64,000 nt of DNA from NCBI RefSeq assembly GCF_044647545.1, contig NZ_CP172818.1, one strand, 5' to 3'. This document shows positions 1 through 12,330 of the stretch, piece after piece (the stretch's first letter is position 1; each line of letters begins with the position of its first letter). Source of the stretch: Escherichia coli. Its GTDB lineage: Bacteria; Pseudomonadota; Gammaproteobacteria; Enterobacterales; Enterobacteriaceae. Position numbers and translations under genes: made by a program. Under the pieces are notes generated by a model. That model was not told where the DNA came from, did no database searches, and worked only from the letters and a program-made list of their open reading frames with translations.

Positions 1-583
1 CACGGCGGGCGGTGAAGGCGGCGCGACGCTGATTAATGATAAAGCGTTGATCGAACGAGCCGAGATCATCCGTGAAAAAGGCACTAACCGCAGCCAGTTC
101 TTCCGTGGTCAGGTCGATAAATATACCTGGCGCGATATCGGCTCCAGCTATTTGATGTCCGATCTGCAAGCTGCGTACCTGTGGGCGCAACTGGAGGCAG
201 CGGATCGTATCAACCAGCAACGTCTGGCGCTGTGGCAAAACTACTACGATGCGTTAGCGCCTCTGGCGAAAGCCGGGCGTATCGAGCTGCCGTCGATTCC
301 CGATGGCTGCGTGCAGAACGCGCATATGTTCTACATTAAACTGCGGGATATTGATGACCGGAGCGCGTTGATTAACTTTCTGAAAGAAGCGGAAATCATG
401 GCGGTGTTCCATTACATTCCGCTGCACGGTTGCCCTGCGGGAGAACGCTTTGGTGAGTTCCACGGTGAAGATCGCTACACCACCAAAGAGAGCGAGCGCC
501 TGGTGCGCCTGCCGTTGTTCTACAACCTGTCGCCCGTCAATCAGCGCACGGTAATTGCGACCTTGTTGAACTACTTCTCCTGA
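1..583 (+). CDS. wecE: dTDP-4-amino-4,6-dideoxygalactose transaminase, C-terminal part (5' end lies outside window)
   Basis: ORF 47..583 stays open to the window start; protein resembles the aminotransferase C-terminus of E. coli WecE/RffA; followed directly by the rest of the enterobacterial common antigen operon. Confidence 0.85.
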   Translation, partial: TAGGEGGATLINDKALIERAEIIREKGTNRSQFFRGQVDKYTWRDIGSSYLMSDLQAAYLWAQLEAADRINQQRLALWQNYYDALAPLAKAGRIELPSIPDGCVQNAHMFYIKLRDIDDRSALINFLKEAEIMAVFHYIPLHGCPAGERFGEFHGEDRYTTKESERLVRLPLFYNLSPVNQRTVIATLLNYFS

Positions 584-584
584 T

Positions 585-1835
585 ATGTCGTTGGCAAAAG
601 CGTCCTTGTGGACGGCGGCCAGTACACTGGTCAAGATTGGTGCCGGGTTACTGGTCGGTAAGTTGCTGGCGGTGTCATTTGGTCCTGCGGGGCTTGGGCT
701 GGCGGCAAATTTCCGCCAGTTGATTACCGTGCTCGGCGTGCTTGCCGGGGCGGGCATCTTTAATGGCGTAACCAAATACGTTGCTCAGTACCATGATAAT
801 CCGCAGCAGCTGCGCCGCGTGGTCGGCACTTCATCAGCGATGGTACTTGGCTTCTCTATGCTAATGGCGCTGGTTTTTGTGCTGGCAGCTGCGCCAATCA
901 GCCAGGGATTGTTCGGTAATACCGACTATCAGGGGCTGGTGCGTTTAGTGGCGTTGGTGCAAATGGGGATCGCCTGGGGCAACCTGTTACTGGCGTTGAT
1001 GAAAGGCTTTCGCGATGCCGCAGGTAATGCGTTATCCCTGATTGTCGGCAGCCTGATTGGCGTTCTTGCGTACTACGTCAGTTACCGTTTGGGCGGTTAT
1101 GAAGGGGCGTTGCTGGGGCTGGCGTTGATTCCCGCGCTGGTGGTAATTCCTGCCGCCATCATGTTGATCAAGCGTGGTGTCATCCCGTTAAGCTATCTGA
1201 AACCCAGCTGGGATAACGGTCTGGCAGGGCAGTTGAGCAAATTTACGCTCATGGCGTTGATTACGTCGGTGACCTTGCCTGTTGCTTACATCATGATGCG
1301 TAAACTGCTGGCGGCGCAGTATAGCTGGGATGAGGTGGGGATCTGGCAAGGGGTGAGCAGTATTTCCGATGCCTACCTGCAATTTATTACGGCATCGTTC
1401 AGCGTATATTTGCTGCCCACGTTGTCGCGGCTAACGGAAAAGCGCGATATCACCCGGGAAGTGGTTAAATCGCTGAAATTCGTCTTACCGGCAGTGGCGG
1501 CGGCGAGTTTTACCGTCTGGTTGCTGCGTGATTTTGCTATCTGGCTGCTGTTGTCGAATAAATTTACCGCTATGCGCGATCTCTTTGCCTGGCAGTTAGT
1601 GGGTGATGTGTTAAAAGTGGGCGCTTATGTCTTTGGTTATCTGGTGATCGCCAAAGCGTCACTGCGGTTTTATATTCTGGCGGAAATCAGCCAGTTCACT
1701 TTATTGATGGTATTTGCCCACTGGCTAATCCCTGCGCATGGCGCACTGGGCGCAGCACAGGCCTATATGGCAACCTATATCGTCTATTTTTCTCTTTGTT
1801 GTGGCGTGTTTTTACTCTGGCGTAGGCGGGCATGA
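585..1835 (+). CDS. wzxE: ECA lipid III flippase, polytopic membrane protein
   Basis: 416-aa hydrophobic ORF; ATG 1 nt after wecE stop; position in wec operon. Confidence 0.9.
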   Translation: MSLAKASLWTAASTLVKIGAGLLVGKLLAVSFGPAGLGLAANFRQLITVLGVLAGAGIFNGVTKYVAQYHDNPQQLRRVVGTSSAMVLGFSMLMALVFVLAAAPISQGLFGNTDYQGLVRLVALVQMGIAWGNLLLALMKGFRDAAGNALSLIVGSLIGVLAYYVSYRLGGYEGALLGLALIPALVVIPAAIMLIKRGVIPLSYLKPSWDNGLAGQLSKFTLMALITSVTLPVAYIMMRKLLAAQYSWDEVGIWQGVSSISDAYLQFITASFSVYLLPTLSRLTEKRDITREVVKSLKFVLPAVAAASFTVWLLRDFAIWLLLSNKFTAMRDLFAWQLVGDVLKVGAYVFGYLVIAKASLRFYILAEISQFTLLMVFAHWLIPAHGALGAAQAYMATYIVYFSLCCGVFLLWRRRA

Positions 1836-2911
1836 CTGTACTGATTCACGTACTGGGATCGGATATCCCTCACCATAACCGAACCGTTCTGCGGTTTTTC
1901 AACGACGCGCTGGCCGCGACGAGCGAGCACGCGCGCGAGTTTATGGTTGTTGGCAAGGACGACGGCTTAAGTGATAGCTGTCCGGCGCTTTCTGTGCAAT
2001 TTTTCCCTGGGAAAAAATCGCTGGCGGAAGCGGTCATCGCGAAAGCAAAAGCTAACCGTCAGCAGCGTTTTTTCTTCCACGGTCAGTTCAATCCCAAACT
2101 GTGGCTGGCTCTGCTGAGTGGTGGCATTAAGCCCAGCCAGTTTTTCTGGCATATCTGGGGAGCAGACCTGTACGAACTTTCCAGTGGCTTGAGATATAAG
2201 CTTTTTTACCCGCTACGTCGCCTGGCGCAAAAGAGAGTCGGCTGTGTATTTGCCACCCGCGGTGATTTGAGCTTTTTTGCCAAAACGCATCCAAAGGTGC
2301 GGGGAGAACTGCTGTACTTCCCGACGCGGATGGACCCTTCTCTTAATACGATGGCGAACGATCGGCAATGTGAAGGGAAAATGACCATTCTGGTGGGCAA
2401 CTCCGGCGACCGCAGCAATGAGCATATTGCTGTCTTGCGCGCCGTTCATCAGCAATTTGGCGATACGGTAAAAGTGGTGGTGCCGATGGGATATCCGCCT
2501 AATAACGAAGCGTACATCGAGGAAGTTCGTCAGGCGGGGCTGGAGTTATTCAGCGAAGAAAATCTGCAAGTTCTGAGCGAAAAACTGGAATTTGACGCCT
2601 ATCTGACGCTACTTCGTCAGTGCGATCTTGGTTACTTTATTTTTGCCCGCCAGCAGGGCATTGGTACGCTGTGCTTACTGATTCAGGCGGGCATTCCTTG
2701 TGTGCTTAACCGGGAAAATCCGTTCTGGCAGGATATGACGGAACAACATTTGCCGGTGCTGTTTACTACCGACGATCTCAACGAGGATATTGTGCGTGAA
2801 GCGCAGCGCCAGCTGGCGTCGGTGGATAAAAACACCATTGCCTTCTTTAGCCCTAACTATCTACAAGGCTGGCAGCGGGCGTTGGCGATTGCCACCGGGG
2901 AGGTCGCATGA
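1832..2911 (+). CDS. wecF: TDP-Fuc4NAc:lipid II Fuc4NAc transferase
   Basis: 359-aa ORF, ATGA overlap with wzxE stop; operon context. Confidence 0.9.
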   Translation: MTVLIHVLGSDIPHHNRTVLRFFNDALAATSEHAREFMVVGKDDGLSDSCPALSVQFFPGKKSLAEAVIAKAKANRQQRFFFHGQFNPKLWLALLSGGIKPSQFFWHIWGADLYELSSGLRYKLFYPLRRLAQKRVGCVFATRGDLSFFAKTHPKVRGELLYFPTRMDPSLNTMANDRQCEGKMTILVGNSGDRSNEHIAVLRAVHQQFGDTVKVVVPMGYPPNNEAYIEEVRQAGLELFSEENLQVLSEKLEFDAYLTLLRQCDLGYFIFARQQGIGTLCLLIQAGIPCVLNRENPFWQDMTEQHLPVLFTTDDLNEDIVREAQRQLASVDKNTIAFFSPNYLQGWQRALAIATGEVA

Positions 2912-4260
2912 GTCTGCTGCAATTCAGTGGCCTTTTTGTTGTCTGGCTGCTCTGCACGCTGTTTATTGCCACGCTGACCTGGTTTGAGTTTCGCCGTGTG
3001 CGCTTTAACTTCAATGTCTTCTTTTCATTGCTGTTTTTGCTCACCTTTTTCTTCGGCTTTCCGCTGACCAGCGTGCTGGTATTTCGCTTTGATGTTGGTG
3101 TCGCGCCGCCAGAAATCTTGTTGCAGGCGTTGCTTTCTGCAGGCTGCTTCTACGCGGTTTACTATGTCACCTACAAAACCCGTCTACGCAAACGCGTTGC
3201 TGATGCACCGCGCCGTCCGCTGTTTACCATGAACCGCGTGGAGACCAATCTCACGTGGGTGATCCTGATGGGCATCGCGCTGGTAAGCGTCGGCATCTTC
3301 TTCATGCACAACGGCTTTTTGCTGTTCCGGCTTAATTCTTACAGTCAGATCTTTTCCAGCGAAGTCTCCGGCGTGGCATTAAAACGCTTCTTTTACTTTT
3401 TCATCCCGGCGATGCTGGTGGTTTATTTTCTGCGCCAGGACAGCAAAGCGTGGCTGTTTTTCCTCGTCAGCACGGTCGCCTTTGGCTTGCTGACTTATAT
3501 GATTGTCGGCGGCACTCGCGCCAATATCATCATCGCATTCGCTATCTTCCTGTTTATTGGCATTATTCGCGGCTGGATTTCGTTGTGGATGCTGGCGGCG
3601 GCGGGTGTGCTGGGGATTGTGGGCATGTTCTGGCTGGCGTTAAAACGCTATGGAATGAATGTGAGCGGCGATGAAGCGTTCTATACGTTTCTCTATCTCA
3701 CTCGCGACACCTTTTCACCGTGGGAGAATCTGGCGTTGCTGTTGCAGAACTACGACAACATCGACTTCCAGGGCCTGGCTCCCATTGTCCGCGATTTCTA
3801 TGTCTTTATCCCTTCCTGGCTGTGGCCGGGTCGCCCGAGTATGGTGCTGAACTCAGCCAACTACTTTACCTGGGAAGTGCTGAATAACCACTCCGGACTG
3901 GCGATCTCGCCTACGCTTATAGGCTCACTGGTGGTGATGGGCGGCGCGTTGTTCATCCCGCTCGGGGCGATTGTGGTTGGCCTGATCATCAAATGGTTCG
4001 ACTGGCTGTATGAGCTGGGCAACCGCGAGACTAATCGCTATAAGGCTGCGATATTACACAGTTTCTGCTTCGGGGCGATCTTCAATATGATCGTGCTGGC
4101 GCGTGAAGGGCTGGATTCGTTTGTCTCACGCGTGGTCTTTTTTATCGTGGTCTTCGGCGCATGTCTGATGATCGCAAAACTGTTGTACTGGCTTTTTGAA
4201 AGCGCCGGACTCATTCATAAACGTACAAAATCATCGCTCCGGACGCAGATTGAAGGATAA
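2908..4260 (+). CDS. wzyE: ECA polysaccharide polymerase, polytopic membrane protein
   Basis: 450-aa highly hydrophobic ORF, overlaps wecF stop; operon context. Confidence 0.9.
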   Translation: MSLLQFSGLFVVWLLCTLFIATLTWFEFRRVRFNFNVFFSLLFLLTFFFGFPLTSVLVFRFDVGVAPPEILLQALLSAGCFYAVYYVTYKTRLRKRVADAPRRPLFTMNRVETNLTWVILMGIALVSVGIFFMHNGFLLFRLNSYSQIFSSEVSGVALKRFFYFFIPAMLVVYFLRQDSKAWLFFLVSTVAFGLLTYMIVGGTRANIIIAFAIFLFIGIIRGWISLWMLAAAGVLGIVGMFWLALKRYGMNVSGDEAFYTFLYLTRDTFSPWENLALLLQNYDNIDFQGLAPIVRDFYVFIPSWLWPGRPSMVLNSANYFTWEVLNNHSGLAISPTLIGSLVVMGGALFIPLGAIVVGLIIKWFDWLYELGNRETNRYKAAILHSFCFGAIFNMIVLAREGLDSFVSRVVFFIVVFGACLMIAKLLYWLFESAGLIHKRTKSSLRTQIEG

Positions 4261-4262
4261 CA

Positions 4263-5003
4263 ATGAATAACACCACCACGGCACCGACCTATACACTGCG
4301 TGGCTTACAGTTGATTGGTTGGCGTGATATGCAGCACGCCCTCGATTATCTGTTTGCTGACGGGCAGCTTAAGCAGGGAACGCTGGTTGCCATTAATGCC
4401 GAAAAAATGCTGACCATTGAAGATAACGCCGAGGTCCGGGAGTTAATTAACGCTGCCGAATTTAAATATGCGGATGGCATCAGCGTTGTACGTTCAGTAC
4501 GTAAAAAGTACCCGCAGGCGCAGGTTTCCCGCGTTGCCGGGGCCGATCTCTGGGAAGAGCTGATGGCGCGCGCAGGCAAAGAAGGGACACCGGTATTTCT
4601 TGTGGGCGGTAAACCTGAAGTGCTGGCGCAAACTGAAGCTAAACTGCGCAACCAGTGGAATGTGAATATCGTTGGCAGTCAGGATGGTTATTTTAAACCC
4701 GAGCAGCGTCAGGCGCTGTTTGAACGCATTCATGCCAGCGGCGCGCAAATCGTCACTGTTGCGATGGGATCGCCAAAGCAGGAGATCTTCATGCGCGACT
4801 GCCGTCTGGTGCATCCGGATGCGCTGTATATGGGCGTTGGCGGGACTTACGATGTTTTCACCGGTCACGTAAAACGTGCACCGAAAATCTGGCAAACGCT
4901 GGGACTGGAGTGGCTCTACCGCCTGCTTTCGCAGCCGAGCCGCATTAAGCGTCAGCTTCGTTTGCTGCGTTATTTACGCTGGCACTACACCGGCAACCTC
5001 TGA
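4263..5003 (+). CDS. wecG: UDP-ManNAcA:lipid I transferase
   Basis: 246-aa ORF starting 3 nt after wzyE stop; last gene of the wec operon. Confidence 0.9.
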   Translation: MNNTTTAPTYTLRGLQLIGWRDMQHALDYLFADGQLKQGTLVAINAEKMLTIEDNAEVRELINAAEFKYADGISVVRSVRKKYPQAQVSRVAGADLWEELMARAGKEGTPVFLVGGKPEVLAQTEAKLRNQWNVNIVGSQDGYFKPEQRQALFERIHASGAQIVTVAMGSPKQEIFMRDCRLVHPDALYMGVGGTYDVFTGHVKRAPKIWQTLGLEWLYRLLSQPSRIKRQLRLLRYLRWHYTGNL

Positions 5004-5021
5004 TTTTCCTCTCTTTGTAAA

Positions 5022-5059
5022 GCGACGGAGTGGTCACTCCGTCGCCTGTCTGCTTTTTT
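5022..5059 (+). terminator. rho-independent terminator of the wec operon
   Basis: perfect 11-bp stem gcgacggagtg / cactccgtcgc with 2-nt loop, followed by tgtctgctttttt. Confidence 0.6.
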
Positions 5060-5193
5060 ATTACACAAAGCATTCAAATTTTTAATGCTTTATTTGCCAT
5101 TTCTCCTGAATTACGAAAACATTCGCAACACTCGATGTACCCATAACGATAACCGGTAACACCGGAAAGCATGCAAACACAACACGAGGATTT

Positions 5194-6579
5194 ATGGCAG
5201 ATAACAAACCAGAGCTACAGCGTGGGCTGGAAGCTCGACATATCGAACTCATCGCCCTGGGGGGCACCATTGGCGTCGGCCTGTTTATGGGGGCCGCCAG
5301 TACCCTGAAATGGGCCGGGCCATCTGTATTGTTGGCCTATATCATCGCCGGGCTGTTCGTCTTTTTCATCATGCGTTCAATGGGCGAAATGTTGTTCCTC
5401 GAACCGGTTACCGGTTCGTTCGCCGTTTACGCGCATCGTTATATGAGCCCGTTCTTTGGTTATCTCACCGCCTGGTCTTACTGGTTTATGTGGATGGCGG
5501 TGGGGATCTCAGAAATCACCGCCATTGGCGTTTATGTCCAGTTCTGGTTCCCGGAGATGGCGCAGTGGATACCCGCATTGATCGCAGTGGCGCTGGTGGC
5601 GTTGGCGAATCTGGCGGCGGTGAGGTTGTACGGCGAAATCGAGTTCTGGTTCGCGATGATCAAAGTCACCACGATTATCGTGATGATTGTCATTGGCCTG
5701 GGCGTGATTTTCTTTGGCTTTGGCAATGGCGGGCAGTCGATTGGTTTTAGCAATCTCACAGAGCATGGCGGTTTCTTTGCTGGTGGCTGGAAAGGGTTCC
5801 TGACCGCATTGTGTATTGTGGTGGCGTCCTACCAGGGCGTGGAGCTGATTGGCATTACTGCCGGTGAAGCGAAGAATCCGCAGGTGACGCTGCGCAGTGC
5901 TGTAGGCAAGGTGCTGTGGCGAATCCTGATTTTCTACGTTGGCGCGATTTTCGTTATCGTCACCATCTTCCCGTGGAATGAAATAGGCAGCAACGGTAGC
6001 CCGTTCGTACTGACTTTCGCCAAAATCGGCATTACCGCAGCGGCGGGCATTATCAACTTTGTGGTGCTGACGGCTGCGCTCTCTGGCTGTAACAGCGGCA
6101 TGTACAGTTGCGGACGTATGCTCTATGCACTGGCGAAAAACCGTCAGTTACCGGCGGCAATGGCGAAAGTTTCCCGTCACGGCGTACCGGTTGCGGGTGT
6201 GGCAGTATCTATTGCTATTCTGCTAATTGGCTCATGCCTGAACTACATCATTCCCAATCCGCAGCGTGTGTTTGTCTACGTCTACAGTGCCAGCGTGCTT
6301 CCGGGGATGGTGCCATGGTTTGTGATATTGATTAGCCAGCTGCGTTTTCGTCGTGCGCATAAAGCGGCAATTGCCAGCCATCCGTTCCGCTCAATCCTGT
6401 TCCCGTGGGCCAACTACGTAACAATGGCATTCCTGATTTGCGTTTTGATCGGCATGTACTTTAATGAAGATACGCGTATGTCGCTGTTTGTCGGCATCAT
6501 CTTTATGCTGGCGGTGACGGCGATTTATAAAATTTTTGGGCTTAATCGCCACGGTAAAGCGCATAAACTGGAGGAATAA
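5194..6579 (+). CDS. yifK: APC-family amino acid permease
   Basis: 461-aa ORF with 12-TM permease-like sequence; expected position between the wec operon and the tRNA cluster. Confidence 0.9.
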   Translation: MADNKPELQRGLEARHIELIALGGTIGVGLFMGAASTLKWAGPSVLLAYIIAGLFVFFIMRSMGEMLFLEPVTGSFAVYAHRYMSPFFGYLTAWSYWFMWMAVGISEITAIGVYVQFWFPEMAQWIPALIAVALVALANLAAVRLYGEIEFWFAMIKVTTIIVMIVIGLGVIFFGFGNGGQSIGFSNLTEHGGFFAGGWKGFLTALCIVVASYQGVELIGITAGEAKNPQVTLRSAVGKVLWRILIFYVGAIFVIVTIFPWNEIGSNGSPFVLTFAKIGITAAAGIINFVVLTAALSGCNSGMYSCGRMLYALAKNRQLPAAMAKVSRHGVPVAGVAVSIAILLIGSCLNYIIPNPQRVFVYVYSASVLPGMVPWFVILISQLRFRRAHKAAIASHPFRSILFPWANYVTMAFLICVLIGMYFNEDTRMSLFVGIIFMLAVTAIYKIFGLNRHGKAHKLEE

Positions 6580-6681
6580 GCAGCAAAACGCACAAACCGT
6601 AACCAAACGCGCAATTTATTTAAAAAGAGACTAGACAGAGGGGTGGGAAGTCCGTATTATCCACCCCCGCAACGGCGCTAA

Positions 6682-6758
<77 letters not shown>

Positions 6759-6815
6759 TTTAGTCCCGGCGCTTGAGCTGCGGTGGTAGTAATACCGCGT
6801 AACAAGATTTGTAGT

Positions 6816-6892
6816 GGTGGCTATAGCTCAGTTGGTAGAGCCCTGGATTGTGATTCCAGTTGTCGTGGGTTCGAATCCCATTAGCCACCCCA
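6816..6892 (+). tRNA. hisR: tRNA-His (anticodon GUG)
   Basis: ggtggctatagctcagttggtagagccctggattgtgattccag... with extra 5' G and encoded CCA. Confidence 0.95.
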
Positions 6893-6912
6893 TTATTAGA
6901 AGTTGTGACAAT

Positions 6913-6998
6913 GCGAAGGTGGCGGAATTGGTAGACGCGCTAGCTTCAGGTGTTAGTGTCCTTACGGACGTGGGGGTTCAAGTCCCCCCCTCGCACCA
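6913..6998 (+). tRNA. leuT: tRNA-Leu (anticodon CAG), long variable arm
   Basis: gcgaaggtggcggaattggtagacgcgctagcttcaggtgttagtgtccttacggacgtgggggttcaagtccccccctcgcacca. Confidence 0.95.
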
Positions 6999-7040
6999 CG
7001 ACTTTAAAGAATTGAACTAAAAATTCAAAAAGCAGTATTT

Positions 7041-7117
7041 CGGCGAGTAGCGCAGCTTGGTAGCGCAACTGGTTTGGGACCAGTGGGTCGGAGGTTCGAA
7101 TCCTCTCTCGCCGACCA
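7041..7117 (+). tRNA. proM: tRNA-Pro (anticodon UGG)
   Basis: cggcgagtagcgcagcttggtagcgcaactggtttgggaccagtgggtcggaggttcgaatcctctctcgccgacca. Confidence 0.95.
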
Positions 7118-7125
7118 ATTTTGAA

Positions 7126-7148
7126 CCCCGCTTCGGCGGGGTTTTTTG
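7126..7148 (+). terminator. rho-independent terminator of the tRNA operon
   Basis: ccccgc-ttcg-gcgggg hairpin followed by tttttt. Confidence 0.8.
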
Positions 7149-7263
7149 TTTTCTGTGCATTTCATCACTCTCCGTTCGCAATAAACGCCCGTAATAACTC
7201 ATTGTCCTACGGTATGATTTCGCCCTTAACGTATTGAAGGATGACTTCAGGCAAGGAGCGACC

Positions 7264-8499
7264 ATGCTGCAACAGGTTCCAACGCGTGCTTTTCATGTGA
7301 TGGCGAAACCGAGCGGTTCCGATTGTAATCTGAACTGTGACTACTGTTTTTATCTCGAAAAACAATCCCTTTACCGCGAAAAGCCAGTCACGCATATGGA
7401 CGATGACACGCTGGAAGCGTATGTCCGTCACTATATCGCTGCCAGCGAAACCCAAAACGAAGTGGCTTTTACCTGGCAGGGCGGCGAACCAACGTTACTC
7501 GGGCTGGATTTTTACCGCCGAGCCGTGGCGCTACAGGCGAAATATGGTGCTGGCAGGAAGATAAGTAACAGCTTCCAGACTAACGGCGTTCTGCTTGATG
7601 ACGAATGGTGTGCATTTCTGGCAGAAAATCATTTTCTTGTTGGGTTATCGCTGGATGGTCCGGCTGAGATCCACAATCAATATCGCGTGACCAAAGGCGG
7701 CAGACCAACGCATAAGCTGGTGATGCGTGCCCTGACGCTCCTGCAAAAACATCATGTCGACTATAACGTGCTGGTCTGCGTAAATCGCACCAGTGCGTTA
7801 CAACCTTTGCAAATCTATGATTTTCTGTGTGATGCAGGCGTTGAGTTTATCCAGTTTATTCCGGTGGTCGAGCGCCTGGCTGATGAAACGGCTGCTCATG
7901 CTGGACTTAAGCTACATGCTCCCGGCGATATTCAGGGCGAACTGACGGAATGGTCGGTACGCCCCGATGAGTTCGGTGAATTTTTGGTGGCGATATTCGA
8001 CCACTGGATCAAACGCGACGTCGGCAAGATTTTCGTGATGAATATCGAATGGGCGTTTGCCAATTTTGTCGGTGCGCCAGGAGCGGTTTGCCATCATCAG
8101 CCAACCTGTGGGCGCTCGGTGATTGTTGAACACAACGGCGACGTTTACGCCTGCGATCACTATGTTTATTCGCAATATCGACTGGGGAATATGCTTCAGC
8201 AGACAATTGCAGAAATGGTAGATTCCCCGCAACAGCAGGTGTTTGGTGAAGATAAATTTAAGCAGTTACCAGCGCAGTGTCGCAGTTGTAACGTGTTAAA
8301 AGCATGTTGGGGAGGCTGCCCGAAACACCGCTTTATGCTCGATGCCAGCGGCAAACCGGGGCTGAATTATTTGTGTGCCGGGTATCAGCGTTATTTCCGC
8401 CATCTACCGCCATATCTTAAAGCAATGGCTGATTTGCTGGCGCACGGTCGTCCGGCCAGCGACATTATGCAGGCGCATTTGATGGTGGTGAATAAGTAG
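7264..8499 (+). CDS. aslB: anaerobic sulfatase-maturating enzyme homolog (radical SAM)
   Basis: 411-aa ORF from ATG 7264; CxxxCxxC radical-SAM motif (CNLNCDYCFY) near N-terminus. Confidence 0.9.
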   Translation: MLQQVPTRAFHVMAKPSGSDCNLNCDYCFYLEKQSLYREKPVTHMDDDTLEAYVRHYIAASETQNEVAFTWQGGEPTLLGLDFYRRAVALQAKYGAGRKISNSFQTNGVLLDDEWCAFLAENHFLVGLSLDGPAEIHNQYRVTKGGRPTHKLVMRALTLLQKHHVDYNVLVCVNRTSALQPLQIYDFLCDAGVEFIQFIPVVERLADETAAHAGLKLHAPGDIQGELTEWSVRPDEFGEFLVAIFDHWIKRDVGKIFVMNIEWAFANFVGAPGAVCHHQPTCGRSVIVEHNGDVYACDHYVYSQYRLGNMLQQTIAEMVDSPQQQVFGEDKFKQLPAQCRSCNVLKACWGGCPKHRFMLDASGKPGLNYLCAGYQRYFRHLPPYLKAMADLLAHGRPASDIMQAHLMVVNK

Positions 8500-8526
8500 A
8501 AATCGGCGGCCGCCTGCGGTTGATTG

Positions 8527-8628
8527 CCGGATGCGGCGTGAACGCCTTATCCGGCCTACAATCCTTGCAAATTCAATAAATTGCAGCGTTCTGTAGGCTG
8601 GATAAGATGCGTCAGCATCGCATCCGGC
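8527..8628. repeat. pair of inverted REP (repetitive extragenic palindrome) units
   Basis: gccggatgcggcgtgaacgccttatccggcctaca and its inverted partner tgtaggctggataagatgcgtcagcatcgcatccggc between convergent aslB and aslA. Confidence 0.8.
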
Positions 8629-8656
8629 AAAGGCAGATCTCAGCGATAGCGCCGGC

Positions 8657-10312
8657 TTAATCAGATTTAATCTGCGCGCGTGGTGGATATTTTTTCAGGA
8701 TCTCCATATACGCGTGCATTTCGGTCTGTAGCGGTACACCCATTGGGATATGGCGCACGCCGATGGAGTCGCTTTCCTGCGGATCGGTGTACAGGTTAAA
8801 CACCGACGATCCCGCCGTTTGCATTACTGTGCCGGTGAATCCACCCTGATACCCGCTCTGTGTATACGCGTACGGTTGCTGGATCAGGACGTGATACTTG
8901 AACTCATCCATACGCACAGCAGAAAGTTTACCGTTGAGGAAGTAGTGCTCGGCCTTACGGTTAGACTGACCATTTGTTCCCAGGAAGAAAGATGTCTGGT
9001 CCACACCATCGATAAAGGTGGTTTTCGGTACTAAATTCGCTACTTTCGCCCCAGGATGCCCCGCCAGATCCAGCGCCGTAGGGAAGAGATCCGCCAGATC
9101 GACAATGCCGTCAGATTTACGCGGTTGGATCATGCCTTTCCAGTAAACGAAGGTTGGCACACGAACGCCGCCTTCCCATGTAGAACCTTTCGCACCGCGG
9201 AACGGCGTGCGACCGTGCGGCGGAACTTCGGCTTCCGGACCGTTATCAGAGGTGAACACAATCAGCGTGTTATCAAGCTGACCGTTTTTCTCCAGTGCTT
9301 TATACAGATTGGCGAAGATATCGTTCATCTCCACCATGCAGTCGCCGTAAGAGGTGCGCGCCGGAGAGCTACCCGCATATTTCGCATTTGGGTAGTTATC
9401 GAAGTGACAGCCACGAGTGCCGTAATAGAGGAAGAAAGGCTTATCGCTCTTCGCCATCTTGTCGAGGAACTTAACGCCATATTCCATCCAGCGTTGATCC
9501 AGGTCTTCCATATATTTCGGCGTAATGTCGGCAATGGCTTCCTGTTCACCGCCGCGCACGGCATGAACGTCATCTTTGCTGAACGGCAGTTTTTGGATGT
9601 ATTCAGAACGATCCGGGCTCAGGGCGACTTCCGGGTTGACGTGAACATCACGCCATTCGGTATACATATCGGATACCGAGTTAAAGCCGCGGAAATCATC
9701 AAAGCCAACGTTCTGCGGCTGCGACTCTTTGTTTTCCCCCATATGCCATTTCCCGATGGCCTGAGTGACGTAGCCCTGATCGTGCAGCAACTGCGGCAGA
9801 GTGGTTAACCCTTGCAGACCGCCCGGTTGCCCGTACATTGGCGGCATCAGAATGCCGTGGTGGATGGAGTATTGTCCGGTAAGAATCGTGGCGCGGGTTG
9901 GGGAAGAACTCGGTTGAGAATACGCCGAAGTTAAAATCAGCCCCTGGCTGGCAACGGCGTCGATATCTGGTGTAGGGTTACCCACCGCCACGCCGCCGCC
10001 GTTAAAGCCAACATCCATCCAGCCCACATCATCCAGCAAGAAAACAACCACGTTCGGTTTCTTACCGGTTTTTTTCTCAAGTTCTGCCAGCTTCTGCTGG
10101 GTTTCTTTGTCTTGTGCAGGATGCTGCATCACCGGCATCATGTTGTCGGCAATAGTGGTCGCCGGTTTAACCAGATACTGGTTTGGGTGATCGTATCCGG
10201 CAAAGCCTTTGCGTGCGGTGGCGGTTGACGGGGTATCTGCTGCGTTGGCCATGAGTGGAAGAGCGGCGGCGACAGCTACAACAAGAAGTTTGGGTGAAAA
10301 CGAAAATTCCAT
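8657..10312 (-). CDS. aslA: arylsulfatase-family protein with signal peptide
   Basis: 551-aa ORF; N-terminal signal peptide; sulfatase-type sequence. Confidence 0.9.
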   Translation of the reverse strand: MEFSFSPKLLVVAVAAALPLMANAADTPSTATARKGFAGYDHPNQYLVKPATTIADNMMPVMQHPAQDKETQQKLAELEKKTGKKPNVVVFLLDDVGWMDVGFNGGGVAVGNPTPDIDAVASQGLILTSAYSQPSSSPTRATILTGQYSIHHGILMPPMYGQPGGLQGLTTLPQLLHDQGYVTQAIGKWHMGENKESQPQNVGFDDFRGFNSVSDMYTEWRDVHVNPEVALSPDRSEYIQKLPFSKDDVHAVRGGEQEAIADITPKYMEDLDQRWMEYGVKFLDKMAKSDKPFFLYYGTRGCHFDNYPNAKYAGSSPARTSYGDCMVEMNDIFANLYKALEKNGQLDNTLIVFTSDNGPEAEVPPHGRTPFRGAKGSTWEGGVRVPTFVYWKGMIQPRKSDGIVDLADLFPTALDLAGHPGAKVANLVPKTTFIDGVDQTSFFLGTNGQSNRKAEHYFLNGKLSAVRMDEFKYHVLIQQPYAYTQSGYQGGFTGTVMQTAGSSVFNLYTDPQESDSIGVRHIPMGVPLQTEMHAYMEILKKYPPRAQIKSD

Positions 10313-10721
10313 GCAAAATGCTCCGGTTTCATGTCGTCAAAATGTTGACGTAATTAAGCATTGATAATTGAGATCCCTCTCCCTGACAGGATGATTGCAT
10401 AAATAATAGTGATGAAAATAAATTATTTATTTATCCAGAAAATGAATTGGAAAATCAGGAGAGCGTTTTCAATCCTACCTCTGGCGCAGGTGATATGTAA
10501 GGCGGTGATGTTATATCGCGTTGATTATTGATGCTGTTTTTAGTTTTAACGGCAATTAATATATATGTTATTAATTGAATGACTTTTATTATTCATTATA
10601 TATATATGTAGAATCGTGCGCAGGAGAAATATTCACTCAGGAAGCAAAGAGGATTACAGAATTATCTCATAACAAGTGTTAAGGGATGTTATTTCCCGGT
10701 TCTCTGTGGCATAATAAACGA

Positions 10722-10928
10722 GTAGATGCTCATTCCATCTCTTATGTTCGCCTTAGTGCCTCATAAACTCCGGAATGACGCAGAGCCGTTTACGGTGCTT
10801 ATCGTCCACTGACAGATGTCGCTTATGCCTCATCAGACACCATGGACACAACGTTGAGTGAAGCACCCACTTGTTGTCATACAGACCTGTTTTAACGCCT
10901 GCTCCGTAATAAGAGCAGGCGTTTTTTT
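10722..10928 (+). ncRNA. glmZ: GlmZ small regulatory RNA
   Basis: sequence gtagatgctcattccatctcttatgttcgcc...gcctgctccgtaataagagcaggcgttttttt matches GlmZ as I recall it, including the 3' terminator hairpin plus U-run; candidate -10 cataat at 10710..10715. Confidence 0.85.
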
Positions 10929-11028
10929 ATGACCGGATAAAGAACTGGTTACGTCGCTCCTTCATCTTCTTTAACTCTTACAAAACCCAAAGAATTCTTC
11001 ACCTTTCATTTCCCTATTCTTTTTCTCC

Positions 11029-11094
<66 letters not shown>

Positions 11095-11105
11095 ATCAAA
11101 AAAAA

Positions 11106-11126
11106 ATCGCCTCTGAACGAGGCGAT
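11106..11126 (-). terminator. hairpin of the hemY rho-independent terminator
   Basis: tcgcctc-tgaac-gaggcga stem-loop 6 nt downstream of the hemY stop, followed on the minus strand by a U-run. Confidence 0.6.
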
Positions 11127-11131
11127 ATAGA

Positions 11132-12328
11132 TTACTGTGACGGGTTATTCTGTAAGGTCAGCATCAAACCGTCGCGGCGCATCGCTGCAGCTTCTTCTGG
11201 TTTGTGCAGTCTGTCCAGCGCGTCGGCAAGCCATGCGTAATCGTAGGCGTCCGGACGTTGTTTCAGCGCCGCGCGGAAGGCGAGCGATGCTTCCTGCCAT
11301 TCGCCGTGCTTCATCAGCGACTGACCCAGTGTGCTCCACAACAACGGGCGATCGCCCACGTTTTTGATCTGTTGGCGCAGCACTTTTTCCAGCTGTTCCG
11401 GGTTATTGGTTTTCAGACGCGGGATCGGCAGCAGCAGGCGATCGTCATACTGGCGTTTCAGGCCGTCGATGATAATTTGCTGGGCGGTGTCATGGTCATC
11501 ACACTCAATAAGGTGTTCCGCCATTGCCACCTGTAACGCCACCTGATGACGCGTTTTCCGGCTTTGGTTTTTCCACCAGTTACGCAAACCTTCGCTACCG
11601 TTATCGGCACGCGCCTGATCCATCAGGCCAATCCATGCCTGTTGTTCCAGCATTGCACGATGTTCTTCATCGCCAACGTGGGCTTTCGCCATTGATGGGA
11701 TGATATCCAGCAGCGAACTCCATGCACCAGTGCGGATATACGCCTGTTCCGCCAGACGTAATACTTCCGGATGGCGTGGCGTAACTTCCAGCAGCTTATC
11801 AACGCCGTGACGTGCTGCATGGTTTTCATTACGGGCCAGTTGCAGACGTACACGGGTGATTTCTACCGGAATTGTGCCGTTGCCGGCCAGCTCCGCTGCG
11901 CGTTCCAGATGTTGGTTGGCGCGTGCTTCATCACCGCGTTGTTGCGCGGCTTCGGCAGCCAGCAGATAGTTCACCACCGGTTGTTCAGCGTGATCGGCAT
12001 TTTTCGCCATCAGCTTTTCAACTTGCTGATAATCGCCTTCCGCTAGTTTCAGCAGCGCCTGTTCGGTCTGCTTACGGGCACGGCGACGCTTACGTCCGAC
12101 AAACCACCCACGGGTGTGTGCGCCTGTGCGGAAGATCCGCCGCAGTAGCCACTCAATGGCAAACAGCACTACCATCGCCAGAATCAAAATAATCGCCAGG
12201 CCAGTGACGCTGGTTTCGATATTGTAGTTGTCGGTCTGAATCAATACGTACCCCTGATGACCGGCAATCATCGGGCCAACCACGATCCCCGCAATCAGCA
12301 AAACAAAGAGCAATAACACTTTTAGCAT
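11132..12328 (-). CDS. hemY: HemY protein (TPR-like, membrane anchored), heme biosynthesis operon
   Basis: 398-aa ORF with N-terminal TM segment; hemCDXY operon context. Confidence 0.9.
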   Translation of the reverse strand: MLKVLLLFVLLIAGIVVGPMIAGHQGYVLIQTDNYNIETSVTGLAIILILAMVVLFAIEWLLRRIFRTGAHTRGWFVGRKRRRARKQTEQALLKLAEGDYQQVEKLMAKNADHAEQPVVNYLLAAEAAQQRGDEARANQHLERAAELAGNGTIPVEITRVRLQLARNENHAARHGVDKLLEVTPRHPEVLRLAEQAYIRTGAWSSLLDIIPSMAKAHVGDEEHRAMLEQQAWIGLMDQARADNGSEGLRNWWKNQSRKTRHQVALQVAMAEHLIECDDHDTAQQIIIDGLKRQYDDRLLLPIPRLKTNNPEQLEKVLRQQIKNVGDRPLLWSTLGQSLMKHGEWQEASLAFRAALKQRPDAYDYAWLADALDRLHKPEEAAAMRRDGLMLTLQNNPSQ

Positions 12329-12330
12329 GG